DNA from: Terriglobia bacterium
GTDB lineage: Bacteria > Acidobacteriota > Terriglobia > 20CM-2-55-15
Reading direction: 5' to 3'
NCBI GenBank assembly: GCA_965198225.1
Contig: CBDAOY010000008.1
Location: 1,234,070 to 1,298,069 of the forward strand
Length of the DNA: 64,000 nucleotides
The number at the start of each line of letters is the position of its first letter. Position 1 is the stretch's first letter. This document shows, in pieces, positions 9,990 through 20,055 of this stretch. The notes under the pieces were generated by a model that was given only the letters and a program-made list of their open reading frames with translations, had not been told where the DNA came from and ran no database searches. The translations under genes and the position numbers were made by a program.

Positions 9990-10057
9990 CTAGACGCCCG
10001 AGGGCTGAAAGCTGAGGGCTGAGCGCTTACCCCAAAATTGCAAATTCTTGCGTAGCT

Positions 10058-11122
10058 TCAGCTCGAACTGGGCGCGGGCACACCCTCACGCGACTTGTCG
10101 AGCAGGACGGCGATCCAGCGCCAGTCCGGGCTGTTCTGGAGGAGAATCTTGACCACCATGGTCAGCGGAACCGACAGCAGCATCCCGACGCCCCCCCACA
10201 CCCATCCCCAGAAGACAAGCGAGACGAACACCACCAGCGTCGACAGGCCCAACCTCTGACCCATCAGGCGCGGCTCCATCACGTTCCCCATCGCCAGGTT
10301 GACGGTGATGTATCCGAGCGCGACGCCCAGTGCCACCCCAACCCCTCCGCCCGGTTGAATCAGCGCCAGCAGGACGGGCGGAACGGCCGCCATTATGGAG
10401 CCGATGTTCGGGATATAGTTGAGCAGGAACGCAAGCAGGCCCCAGAGAAACGGGAAGTCGACACCGAGAAACCACACCCAGGAGCCCAACAAGACTCCAG
10501 TCGTCAAGCTGATCGCGGTCTTGATGATCAGGTATCGATGCACCTGCGTCATTACCTTCGACACCTGCAGCACGCCCGACCCGGCGTCGCCGAACGCCGC
10601 CCGCACTTTGTTGGGAAAGCCCGCCGCCTCGGTCAGGATGAACACGGTCGTCAGAACGACGAGAAAGAAATTCGAGACGATTCCGGCCAGCCGCGACAAC
10701 AGTCCGCCTGCGAGTTGGAAGATCTGACCCGGATTCACGATCTCCAGAACGGCCGAGATCGAAACTTCCAATCCCCACGACTCCAGCCGACGTTCGGCCA
10801 AATCCATCAACTCTGTGATGCGGGCCTGATACTGAGGCAGAGCTTGGGTGAAGGAGTTGACCGAGCCCCCGACGACGACCCCGATTCCGACCAGGACGAC
10901 GATCAGGCCGAGCATCACGAACAGAATCGCCAGCCACTGCGGCCAGCGATGTCCTGTCAGCCAGTTGATGAGTGGTATCCCCAGCATCGACAGGAACACG
11001 GACAGGAGGAACGGAACGACAACCGTCTCGGCCGCCCGAAGACCCGCAACCAGGATAATCAGGCACGCCAGGGTCAGCAGCACCCGGGAACCAACCTTGG
11101 GATGTTCCAGTTCCCTCATCAC
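10058..11122 (-). CDS. AI-2E family transporter
   Basis: Polytopic; FLLNYIPNIGS, GNVMEPRLMG..LGLS, WG..GMLLSVPLT. Confidence 0.92.
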   Translation of the reverse strand: MMRELEHPKVGSRVLLTLACLIILVAGLRAAETVVVPFLLSVFLSMLGIPLINWLTGHRWPQWLAILFVMLGLIVVLVGIGVVVGGSVNSFTQALPQYQARITELMDLAERRLESWGLEVSISAVLEIVNPGQIFQLAGGLLSRLAGIVSNFFLVVLTTVFILTEAAGFPNKVRAAFGDAGSGVLQVSKVMTQVHRYLIIKTAISLTTGVLLGSWVWFLGVDFPFLWGLLAFLLNYIPNIGSIMAAVPPVLLALIQPGGGVGVALGVALGYITVNLAMGNVMEPRLMGQRLGLSTLVVFVSLVFWGWVWGGVGMLLSVPLTMVVKILLQNSPDWRWIAVLLDKSREGVPAPSSS

Positions 11123-11220
11123 AACCGATTTGATTCTAACACCCGGGAATGGAAGCGTGTGTAGCCAGTCGGCTGCGGCCAGTGGTCAGTAGATCACTGA
11201 GCGAGAGGTCGGCGAGAGAA

Positions 11221-11280
11221 CCAATGTGAGGGGGACAGGGACCTGGTCCTGTCCCCGGGTGTTCGCTGAGCAGAAAAGCG
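11221..11280. repeat. Copy of GGGGACAGG..CCTGTCCCC hairpin repeat family
   Basis: Matches 37048-37110 and 41810-41870. Confidence 0.7.
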
Positions 11281-11316
11281 GGTGTTTGATAAGCAGAAAA
11301 GTCGGTGAACGATGGA

Positions 11317-12768
11317 TCATTTCCGCCAGAACGCCGGCGTCATGATCACGATCACCGTGTAGAACTCGAGTCGGCCTGCGATCATGTCCCCGGCCAGGAC
11401 CCACTTGGCGAGCATCGGCAGGTGGGCGTAATTTTCCGTCGGACCGACCGAACCCAGGGCCGGACCGATGTTGAACATCGACGCGGCGACGGCGGCGATC
11501 GCGGTGAGCACGTCCACTCCCATGGCCGCCAGCATCAGGCACGACGCAAAGTTGACCACGAAAGCCAGGTAGACCAGGTTGAGGAGGCTCTGGATCGTCG
11601 ACTCGGAAATCACCTTCCCTCCCAGGCGAACCGCAAAGACGCCGCGGCGTTCGACCATCCTTTTGAATTCGCGATCGACGACCTTGGCCAGCAAGAGAAC
11701 CCTGGCAGTCTTCATGCCGCCCGCAGTCGATCCCGTGCATCCTCCCACGAACATCAATGTCAGCAGGATCAACTGTGGCAACGGATGCCACACCTCGAAA
11801 TTATCCGTTACGAAACCGGTCCCCGTGAGGATGGCGCCGACCTGGAACAAGGCACTGCGAACCGCCTCGAGCAGGCCATACCCGTCGTTCCAGACGAGAA
11901 TCCCCCCGATCAGGGTCGTCGTCGTCGCCGTGATCAACAGGTAATACCGCAACTCGACATCCTCAAAGAACCGGCGGGGGTTGCGCTCGACCCAGAGCCG
12001 ATAGTGTTGGACGAAGCTAATTCCGGCGAGGAGCATGAACACGATGATGATGAGCTCGATGAGCGGGCTGTTGAAGCCGGCGATGCTGTCGGTCCTTGTC
12101 GAGAAGCCACCGGTTCCGAGCGTCGAGAACGTGTGGCACAGGGCTTCAAACCCGGTCATCCCCGCCAGCCTCAGCGCGAAGAACTCCGCAACCGTCAACG
12201 ACGCGTAGATCTTCCACAACGAGAGGGCGGTCTCCGTGATTCGAGGCTTCAACCGCTCGGACTTGGCACCCGAGAACTCGGCGCGGTATAGCTGCATGCC
12301 GCCGTGTCCGACCAGGGGCAGGATCGCAATACCGAGAAGGACAATGCCCATTCCGCCCAGCCAGTGGGAAAAGCATCGCCAGAACTGCAATGCGTCTGGA
12401 AGCACCTCGACTTCGGGAAGGACCGTGGCACCAGTCGTCGAGAACCCGGACACCGCCTCGAAGAACGCGTCGGTGAATGTCGTGAAGTACGGCGACAGGT
12501 AGAACGGAAGGCTGCCGAACAGGCCGACGCTGACCCAGATTGAAACAACGAGCAGGAGGCCTTCCCGCTGGCTAAGCTCCCGACTCGGTCTCCGGAACAG
12601 GAACAGGGACAGGCTGCCGACCCCCAGCGTGATTACCGCGGAGTATGCCAGCGGTTCCAGGCCCCCGCTACCGACCGCCCACCCGTAAGCGAACGGGATG
12701 AGCATCGTGCCGCCAAGGGCCAGGAGGAACTGGCCTAGGACGTAGCCGATCAGCTGAAACTGGATCAA
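11317..12768 (-). CDS. trkH: Trk potassium uptake membrane protein
   Basis: FEAVSGFSTTGAT, WLGGMG, GTGGFS, GGCTGSTAGGMK, NIGP, GRLEF. Confidence 0.96.
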   Translation of the reverse strand: MIQFQLIGYVLGQFLLALGGTMLIPFAYGWAVGSGGLEPLAYSAVITLGVGSLSLFLFRRPSRELSQREGLLLVVSIWVSVGLFGSLPFYLSPYFTTFTDAFFEAVSGFSTTGATVLPEVEVLPDALQFWRCFSHWLGGMGIVLLGIAILPLVGHGGMQLYRAEFSGAKSERLKPRITETALSLWKIYASLTVAEFFALRLAGMTGFEALCHTFSTLGTGGFSTRTDSIAGFNSPLIELIIIVFMLLAGISFVQHYRLWVERNPRRFFEDVELRYYLLITATTTTLIGGILVWNDGYGLLEAVRSALFQVGAILTGTGFVTDNFEVWHPLPQLILLTLMFVGGCTGSTAGGMKTARVLLLAKVVDREFKRMVERRGVFAVRLGGKVISESTIQSLLNLVYLAFVVNFASCLMLAAMGVDVLTAIAAVAASMFNIGPALGSVGPTENYAHLPMLAKWVLAGDMIAGRLEFYTVIVIMTPAFWRK

Positions 12769-12779
12769 GGAGGATTCTC

Positions 12780-14135
12780 CTAAGCCAGAAAAACAGACTC
12801 CAGGTCTCGGACGGTACTCTCGAGCGCGAAGAAGATGACGCGATCGCCGGCTTCGATTATCGCGTTTCCCCGGGGTATGAGTACCTGCCCGTCGGGCCTG
12901 GCAATCGCCCCAACGATGGCGCCGCGCGGGAACCGCAGCTCGTTCAGCGGCCGCCCCACATACCTGGAACCCTTCGAGGCGAGCAGCTCGATCGCTTCAG
13001 CCTCTTCTTCGCCGAACGTGGTGACCGACAGGACGCGACCTTTCCGAACGAACTGTAGAATTCGGTCGACTGCTTCCAGACGGGGACTGACGGTCGTGTT
13101 GATCCCCAGGCGCTGGACCATCGGCAGATAACTCATCCGATTGATCAGAGCCACGACCTTCTTGACCCCAAGCCGACGCGCCAGCAGCGAGGCGATGATG
13201 TTGTCCTCGTCGTGATTCGTCAGGGCCAGAAACGCATCGACTCCCTCGACGTTCTCCTCCAGCAAGGTCGCCTGATCGGTGCCGTCGCCGTGGATGACGA
13301 TCGCCTTGTCCAGAATCGTCGATATCTTCTTGCAACGATCATGGTCGTTTTCGAACAGCTTCACCTGAACCCCGTGATCCTCGAGTATCTGGGCGACCTG
13401 GATGCCGATCTGTTTTCCTCCGACGACAAAAACACGCTCCAGCTCGTTGTGGGTCTCGATCCCCATGAACTCGAGCACCTCTTCCAGGTTGTCGCGCGTC
13501 GCCATCCCGTAGATATGGTCGCCCGGCTGCAAGGTCTCTGCTCCGTGGGGGATGATTACCTGCTGCCCCCTGAAGATCATCGCGATCAAAGAATTCCGCG
13601 GTGGACCGGCTTTCTCGAGCTCCCCCAGGGTCTTGCCGGCCAGCCAGCTGTCGAGCTCGACATTCATCCCGAAGAGTCGGGCCTCACCCCTCGCGAACTC
13701 CAGGATGTCGGAAACCCCCGGGTAGTTGACGACGCGCATGATCCGGTCGGAGACGTCGCTTTCCGGGTGGATGATCAAATCAATCTCCAAACCCGCCCGC
13801 TTCGTCAACCGTCGCCAGTGCTCCACCTCGTGGGTGCGCATCCTGGCAACCTTGATACTGGCCTTGGATTCGACCTGCGCGATGAGGCAGGCCAGAATAT
13901 TGACCCCGTCGGAGTCCGTCGCCGCAATGAGCATCTCGGTTTCGGCGAGGCCGGCACGACGAAGGGTCAGGACACTGGCAGCATTGCCCTGAATGATCTT
14001 CGCGTCCAGGGTGTCCTCGAGATGCTCGCACCGGGAGATGTCTTGCTCTACAAGGACGACTTCGTTGCCTTCTCGGATGAGGCGGCTCGCGATGAGGGCA
14101 GCGACGTCTCCGCCTCCGGCAATCAGAATTCGCAT
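12780..14135 (-). CDS. trkA: Trk potassium uptake NAD-binding protein
   Basis: Two RCK N/C repeats (MRILIAGGG, VVGGKQIG, IHGDGTD); directly upstream of trkH. Confidence 0.95.
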   Translation of the reverse strand: MRILIAGGGDVAALIASRLIREGNEVVLVEQDISRCEHLEDTLDAKIIQGNAASVLTLRRAGLAETEMLIAATDSDGVNILACLIAQVESKASIKVARMRTHEVEHWRRLTKRAGLEIDLIIHPESDVSDRIMRVVNYPGVSDILEFARGEARLFGMNVELDSWLAGKTLGELEKAGPPRNSLIAMIFRGQQVIIPHGAETLQPGDHIYGMATRDNLEEVLEFMGIETHNELERVFVVGGKQIGIQVAQILEDHGVQVKLFENDHDRCKKISTILDKAIVIHGDGTDQATLLEENVEGVDAFLALTNHDEDNIIASLLARRLGVKKVVALINRMSYLPMVQRLGINTTVSPRLEAVDRILQFVRKGRVLSVTTFGEEEAEAIELLASKGSRYVGRPLNELRFPRGAIVGAIARPDGQVLIPRGNAIIEAGDRVIFFALESTVRDLESVFLA

Positions 14136-14374
14136 CGTTATCGGTTACTCACGTCGCTGGACGGACGAGCAGGCCGCATCATACTGCGTTCGTTCCGAGT
14201 CTGTACACGCCAATCCTCGTCGTATTTCGGTTCGAGCCTGGGTGATCCGGACTGTTCCGCCCTTTCGTTTCAAGTATCTCACGCCCGCGACGAATCGTCA
14301 GACAGGACTCGCCCTGCGAGGACCCGACGGTGCTTGGCGCCACCGCAGCTCCAACCCGAAGATCGTCTTTGAGT

Positions 14375-14397
14375 TGGTACAGTGGTACACTGGTACA
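14375..14397 (+). promoter_or_regulatory. Three TGGTACA direct repeats (period 8), candidate operator
   Basis: TGGTACAgTGGTACAcTGGTACA directly before the GGAGG RBS of the 14412 gene. Confidence 0.55.
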
Positions 14398-14411
14398 AAG
14401 GAGGTGCGCCA

Positions 14412-14696
14412 ATGCCCAAGAAAGCCGGCAAGAAGCCCGGAGAACAAAGCTACAGGGTTATCCGCGTCCAGACGGGCGTCCGCATGGAAAAACGCCTGGT
14501 GAAGGTTCTCAAGGGTCTCGCCGAATACCTGGACATGACCATGGGGGACCTGCTGGAGGGCATCGTGCTTCATGCGTTTGATGGAAAACAACCCTTCAAG
14601 AAAGAAACCCTCGAGAAGGTCGCCGACCTGAAGCGGATCTACGGATTGGACCTGGACTCCAGTGCGAGTCACCGTATGAAGGAGGCCGAGCGATGA
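14412..14696 (+). CDS. Small ribbon-helix-helix-like protein
   Basis: RVQTGVRMEKRLVKVLKGLAEYLDMTMGDLLEGIV fits a beta-alpha-alpha pattern; good RBS. Confidence 0.6.
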   Translation: MPKKAGKKPGEQSYRVIRVQTGVRMEKRLVKVLKGLAEYLDMTMGDLLEGIVLHAFDGKQPFKKETLEKVADLKRIYGLDLDSSASHRMKEAER

Positions 14697-15118
14697 ATGC
14701 CCTCGCCGCCTACGAGCCGACCGCGGAAGAAGCGACTTTTGTCGGTCGTTTCGAGGATTGCTCCCTGCCCAACGCGGTTTTTCGTCACGTCGATCACGTG
14801 AGACTGACCTGGTTGTACCTGCGGATGTATCCGATCCTGGAAGCGCTGGACCGCGTCGTCGTCGGCCTGAAGCAATTCGCGACTTCCACTGGTCACTCCA
14901 ACCTCTACCACGAGACGATCACGTGGGCGTTCGTCATCATCGTCAACGAGCGCATCGAACGGTTTGGGAGGGATCACACGTGGCTGGAGTTCGAGGAACG
15001 CAACGCCGACTTGATCCGGGACGGCCGAGCGGTGCTTGGTGGGTTTTACTCTGCTGAAGTGATCGGGTCCGACCTTGCAAGACGCGTGTTCCTCATGCCC
15101 GATCACGCGTCCAATTGA
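14693..15118 (+). CDS. Conserved hypothetical protein
   Basis: ATGA overlap with upstream gene; FxHxDH, YHETIT, YS..PD motifs. Confidence 0.65.
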   Translation: MNALAAYEPTAEEATFVGRFEDCSLPNAVFRHVDHVRLTWLYLRMYPILEALDRVVVGLKQFATSTGHSNLYHETITWAFVIIVNERIERFGRDHTWLEFEERNADLIRDGRAVLGGFYSAEVIGSDLARRVFLMPDHASN

Positions 15119-15202
15119 TCAATCTCGCGACGGGTCGTCCGGATCGTGAACTCTGGGCGAAAAGTTGACTTTCTGGATCACCTGCGCCCTTATACTGCCC
15201 GC

Positions 15203-15985
15203 ATGAGACTTCAAGGAAAGGTCGCGCTTATTACGGGAGCCTCCCGCGGAATCGGACGGGCCACCGCTACTCTCTTCGGGCGGGAGGGTGCTTCCGTCAT
15301 CGTCAACTATGCCACCCGGGCAGACGCCGCGGAGGAGGTCGTCCAGACGATTCAGGACGGCGGTGCCGAGGCCGTCGCCGTCAAGGCCGATGTGTCGGAT
15401 CGGACCGATGTCGAGACCATGGTCGGCGAATCGATCGACCGGTTCGGCAGCATCGACATCCTCGTCAACAACGCGGGCATCCTGCTGCACGGCAATGTGA
15501 TGACGATGAACGAAGAAGAACTCGACCGCATGATCGCCGTAAACGTCAAAGGCATCGTCAACTGTGTCCAGGTCGTCGCGCCGAAGATGGCGGATCAAGG
15601 TCACGGAAAGATCGTCAACATCAGTTCCCTGGCGGCTCTCGGTACGGCCGTCGGTGGGACTACTCCCTACGCGCTGACGAAAGCGGCAGTGATATCTCTG
15701 ACGAAGCGAATGGCCTTCGAGCTGGGGCCGAAGGGCATCAATGTCAACGCGATCTGTCCGGGCTTCATCCAGACCGACATGCTGGCTTCGATCAGCGGCT
15801 CGGCTGAAGGCCTCGCCGACGCGCTGGCGAAACCCGCCGCCAAGGCCGCACTGGGCCGTGTGGGGCAACCGGAAGACATCGCCGGCAGCGCGCTGTTTCT
15901 CTCCAGCGAAGAATCCAGCTTTATCACCGGGCAGGTCCTGACCGTCGACGGCGGACGCATGGATTTCCTGACGCATTCGGCGTGA
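15203..15985 (+). CDS. SDR family oxidoreductase
   Basis: TGASRGIG, NNAG, YALTK, PGFIQT, VDGG. Confidence 0.93.
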   Translation: MRLQGKVALITGASRGIGRATATLFGREGASVIVNYATRADAAEEVVQTIQDGGAEAVAVKADVSDRTDVETMVGESIDRFGSIDILVNNAGILLHGNVMTMNEEELDRMIAVNVKGIVNCVQVVAPKMADQGHGKIVNISSLAALGTAVGGTTPYALTKAAVISLTKRMAFELGPKGINVNAICPGFIQTDMLASISGSAEGLADALAKPAAKAALGRVGQPEDIAGSALFLSSEESSFITGQVLTVDGGRMDFLTHSA

Positions 15986-15991
15986 GGGCAA

Positions 15992-16020
15992 GTGTAGGTG
16001 CGGTCTATGACCGCACATTC
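15992..16020. repeat. REP element (GTAG family)
   Basis: GTGTAGGTGCGGTCTATGACCGCACATTC; reverse complement at 48997-49025. Confidence 0.8.
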
Positions 16021-16792
16021 GCATCCTGATGTCGGAGAGACACGATGTAGCTGTCGTCGCTCGGATCGTAGATGACAGCATTGGCGTGAGCCCAGTTTCG
16101 CGTTCCGTTGTCTGCCTCCGGGTATGCGAAATTCCAACCCTCATCTAACGATCCGTATCCAAGACGGTATGGGTTGAGAATATCGATCAGCGAGTACCTC
16201 CTCGCTTCAGTCCCGTCCCTCGTGAACTCTAAAACGACATCTCCGATAACGTTAGCCGTTTCCCTTTCAGCTTGGGGATCAGTCTCGCTGGTCGGGTAGT
16301 TCTCGAGACGTCTCAATTCAGTACCCAGAGTGACGAAATTACCTGAAGGCATCTGAGAGAGTTCGTGATGAGGGTTCTCGATGTCTAGAGCCACACTCCC
16401 GGGCGCAGCATCACTTCTGTTCTTCGAATGCCACCTACGAACAACATTTCCGAGAAATTAGTTCTGAAGGCCAAGGGCTCCGACCAGGCGGCACGGTTTC
16501 CGTTACCGTCGACGACGCTCACTTCGACTGTGTAGTCCGCTCCCGGCGCCAGGCCAAGCAGGGAAAGCGAGTGGTTGCTGTCCATCTCGGCGAACTCGAC
16601 GACCCGTTCCGCGCCGCCGGTCCGGATGTCAAGGATGATGGTGGACGGTTCGTCGGTAACAACTTCGACCAGGGCAGCCAGAGGTGTGGTCAGGTTGGGG
16701 TTCAGGCTGACGGTGGGAGAATCCACGAATTGAGGAGGCGAGGAATCCAGAACGCCGCAGCCCGCCGTTCCAGCAGGCATCAGGTTCCCCAT
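16020..16792 (-). pseudogene. Arylsulfate sulfotransferase (ASST)-like remnant
   Basis: N-terminal Ig-like part (NPNLTTPLAALV..H.L.LLGL.PG..Y.V) and propeller fragment (PHHEL, GDVVLEF, WAHANAV..SLRHQD) in two frames, with an internal deletion and 3' truncation. Confidence 0.7.
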
Positions 16793-16987
16793 GGCGGTTG
16801 GTAAAATGTGTCATGGCACATATCACCGGTGAAGACCGTTCCCAGCTTCTGCTTCTGCCCGATACTGTGGACGACTATGCCAGAAGAACGGCGATCACGA
16901 AATAGTGGACGTGGTGATTCACGTGCCTCCGGAGGCCGTACACGGACGCTTGGGTCACGCGATCGCCGGCGGACCAGCAGCCCGTGA

Positions 16988-18437
16988 CTAAGCCTCTTTC
17001 ACCTCGGCGATCAGCTTGTTGAGCGACGCCTTCGCGTCGCCGAAGAGCATGGCGGTCCTGGGATGGTAGAACAGCTCGTTGTCGATGCCGGCGAAGCCGG
17101 GATTCATGCTCCGCTTCATCACGATGACCTGCTGGGCGTTGTCCACGTCCAGAATCGGCATGCCGTAGATCGGGCTCGCCGGGTTGCTGCGCGCTGCAGG
17201 ATTGACCACGTCGTTAGCGCCGATCACCACCGCGACGTCTGTTCGGTCGAACTCGGGATTGATCCGCTCCATTTCCCAGAGCTGATCGTAGGACACGTCC
17301 GCCTCTGCCAGGAGGACGTTCATGTGTCCCGGCATTCGGCCCGCCACGGGGTGGATCGCGTACTTGACGACGACATCACGCGCAACAATCCGCCTCGCGG
17401 TCCAGCAGCGAGGCCAACTCGCGGACCGCGTGCTGCGCCTGCGATACCGCCAGACCGTAGCCCGGCACGACGACAACCTGCTTCGCGTAGGCGAGCATCA
17501 CGGCTGCGTCTTCGGCCGACACCTGACGCACGGTCCCGCCCGTCGCGACCGCGGCCGCGCCGGGCGCTTCGGGCGCACCGGCACCGAACGCACCAAACAA
17601 CACGTTGGCGAGCGACCGGTTCATTCCCTTACACATGATCATCGTCAAGATGATTCCCGATGCCCCGACCAGGGCTCCGCTGATGATCAACCCGTTGTTG
17701 TCGATCACAAAACCCGTCGATGCCGCCGCGATCCCGGAATAGGAGTTGAGCAGCGAAATCACAACGGGCATGTCGGCTCCGCCGATGGGGATGACGGTCA
17801 ACACGCCGAGCACGAGCGACAAACCGACCAGTATCAACATGGGCCGTGCGACCGAATCGCCGAAGACACCGGCAAACTGTGCCGCGATGTCGCTTCCGGG
17901 CTGCGCGACGACCAAGTAGGTGGCGACCGCCAGGATCGCGAGCGCGAGAAGCGCGTTCAAAGGCTTCTGCAGGGGGTAGGTCACCGCCTGCCCCGTCACG
18001 AGTTCCTGTAGCTTGCCGAAAGCAATCAGACTGCCTGAAAACGTCACGGCCCCCACCAGGACGCTGAACTGAACGCTGACCGCCACGTCGACCTCGGCTC
18101 CTCCTTGCGCACTCAAACGGAGGTATTCGGCGCTGGCGACGAGGACCGAAGCCCCACCCCCGAACCCGTTGAGCAGGGCGACCATCTGCGGCATCGCCGT
18201 CATCTGGATGGTGCGGGCGAGGATCGCCCCGGCGGATCCGCCGATGATGATGCCGATCAGGATGCCGGAGAACCCGACGATCCGCTGCTCGAGCAGGGTC
18301 ACCAGGATCGCGATGAGCATCCCGAACGATGCGAGAGCGTTTCCCTTTCGGGCGGTCGCCGGCGATGACAACCACTTCAAGCCGAAGATGAAGAAAACAG
18401 CCGCCAGCAGGTAGGCAAGTTCCGACAACGCGTTCAT
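16988..18437 (-). CDS. pntB: NAD(P) transhydrogenase beta subunit, frameshifted near 17385
   Basis: [34 protein letters not shown]; then [31 protein letters not shown] in a second frame. Confidence 0.93.
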
Positions 18438-18730
18438 TTACGGTCCCTGCCCTTGTCCTTCTTGAACATCTGCAGCATGCGGTCGGTCACCATGAAGCCC
18501 CCGACGATGTTCGTCGTCGCGAACGCGACAGCAACGATGCCCAGTATGGCTCCGGCCTGGCTGTAGCCTTCTCCGGCGACGATCATCGCGCCGATGACCG
18601 TGATTCCGGAGATGGCGTTGGACCCGGACATCAGCGGCGTATGCAGCGTGGGAGGCACTTTCGTGATGACCTCGAAACCCACGAACATCGCGAGCACAAG
18701 AATGACGATCTCTCCGATCAAGCTTTCCAT
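18434..18730 (-). CDS. pntAB: NAD(P) transhydrogenase alpha subunit part 2
   Basis: VPPTLHTPLMSGSNAISG, NIVGGFMVTDRML. Confidence 0.95.
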   Translation of the reverse strand: MESLIGEIVILVLAMFVGFEVITKVPPTLHTPLMSGSNAISGITVIGAMIVAGEGYSQAGAILGIVAVAFATTNIVGGFMVTDRMLQMFKKDKGRDRK

Positions 18731-19836
18731 CAGATCCTCAGCTCCCCCTCATGCGTGATTGTGCTCGGACCGACCACATCGTTTTCCAGATCGACCTTCA
18801 ACTGACCCTCATGGATCATCTCTTCCAGCAGCGTGACCACGTTTCTGGAGTACATCTGGCTCGCGTTCACTGCGACGGTCGCCGGAAGGTTCAATTCGCC
18901 GATGATCGTCACCCCGTGTTTCACGACTTCCCGTCCCGGTTCTGTCAGTTCGCAGTTCCCCCCGGTTTCGGCTGCGAGATCCACGATCACCGATCCGGGT
19001 CTCATGTCGCGAACCATTTCCTCGGTGATCAAGCGAGGTGCCGGTTTGTCCGGAATCAGCGCGGTCGTAATGACGATGTCGACACTCTGCAGGGTCTTGT
19101 GCAGCAACTCCTGCTCCCGCCGGTGCGATTCTTCCGACAACTCCTTCGCGTATCCGCCGGCGGTCTCTGTCTCCTCCTCGACGAGTTCGACTTCGAGGAA
19201 CTTGGCCCCGAGACTTTCAACCTGTTCTTTGACTACCGGACGGACATCGAAAGCGGTCACGACAGCGCCAAGACGCCGGGCGGTCGCGATGGCCTGCAAG
19301 CCGGCCACACCGGCGCCCAGCACGAAAACGCTCGAAGGTCGAATCGTGCCCGCCGCCGTCACCAGCATGGGGAGGATCTTTCCGAGAGCCGTCGCGCCAA
19401 CCAGCACCGCCTTGTAGCCCGCGATGTTCGATTGAGAGGAAAGAGCATCCATCGTCTGGGCACGTGAAATCCGCGGGACGCGGTTCATGCTCACCGCGGT
19501 AACTCCTCGCGCGGCCAGCGCGTCGAGGATCGCACGGTCACGAACGGGCTGCAGGAAGCTCACCACGACGGCCCCTTCCTTCAGCAGCCCGACATCGGCC
19601 AACCGGGGAGGCTGAACGCTCAACACGACGTCGGTTGCGCCCAGAACTTCACCCGCGCTCCCCAAGACGGCCGCGCCGGCATCCCTGTAAAAGTCGTCTG
19701 TAAAGGAGGCACCCTCTCCCGCACCGGCCTCGACAACGACTTCGACGCCCCGATCGACCAGTTTCCTGACCACGTCGGGCACCAGAGCCACACGGAACTC
19801 GTGCTCAAGGGTCTCTTTCGGGACGCCTACCTTCAT
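18730..19836 (-). CDS. pntAA: NAD(P) transhydrogenase alpha subunit part 1
   Basis: GVPKE, PRISRAQTMDALSSQ, GAGVAGLQA, DLAAETGGNC. Confidence 0.96.
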   Translation of the reverse strand: MKVGVPKETLEHEFRVALVPDVVRKLVDRGVEVVVEAGAGEGASFTDDFYRDAGAAVLGSAGEVLGATDVVLSVQPPRLADVGLLKEGAVVVSFLQPVRDRAILDALAARGVTAVSMNRVPRISRAQTMDALSSQSNIAGYKAVLVGATALGKILPMLVTAAGTIRPSSVFVLGAGVAGLQAIATARRLGAVVTAFDVRPVVKEQVESLGAKFLEVELVEEETETAGGYAKELSEESHRREQELLHKTLQSVDIVITTALIPDKPAPRLITEEMVRDMRPGSVIVDLAAETGGNCELTEPGREVVKHGVTIIGELNLPATVAVNASQMYSRNVVTLLEEMIHEGQLKVDLENDVVGPSTITHEGELRI

Positions 19837-20055
19837 TCAGTTTCCTCCGGGAGTTCCCTGACGTGACACCAGCCACCGAACACCGACAGTCGGCGCGCGG
19901 TCCGATGGCAAAACAGACGATTTTAAACGGTAGTGGGTGAGGCGCGCAAGGACCCCCGCCATTGGAGATTTCTTCATTCGAGTTTGGGAATTGGAGATTG
20001 CGGAATCACATCCCCAATCCTAAGTTTCCAATCTGCAATCTCGAATTTCCAATAG

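Noticed and set aside
17376-17378. TGA in pntB as selenocysteine
   Set aside because: The continuation is in another frame, so this is a frameshift rather than readthrough
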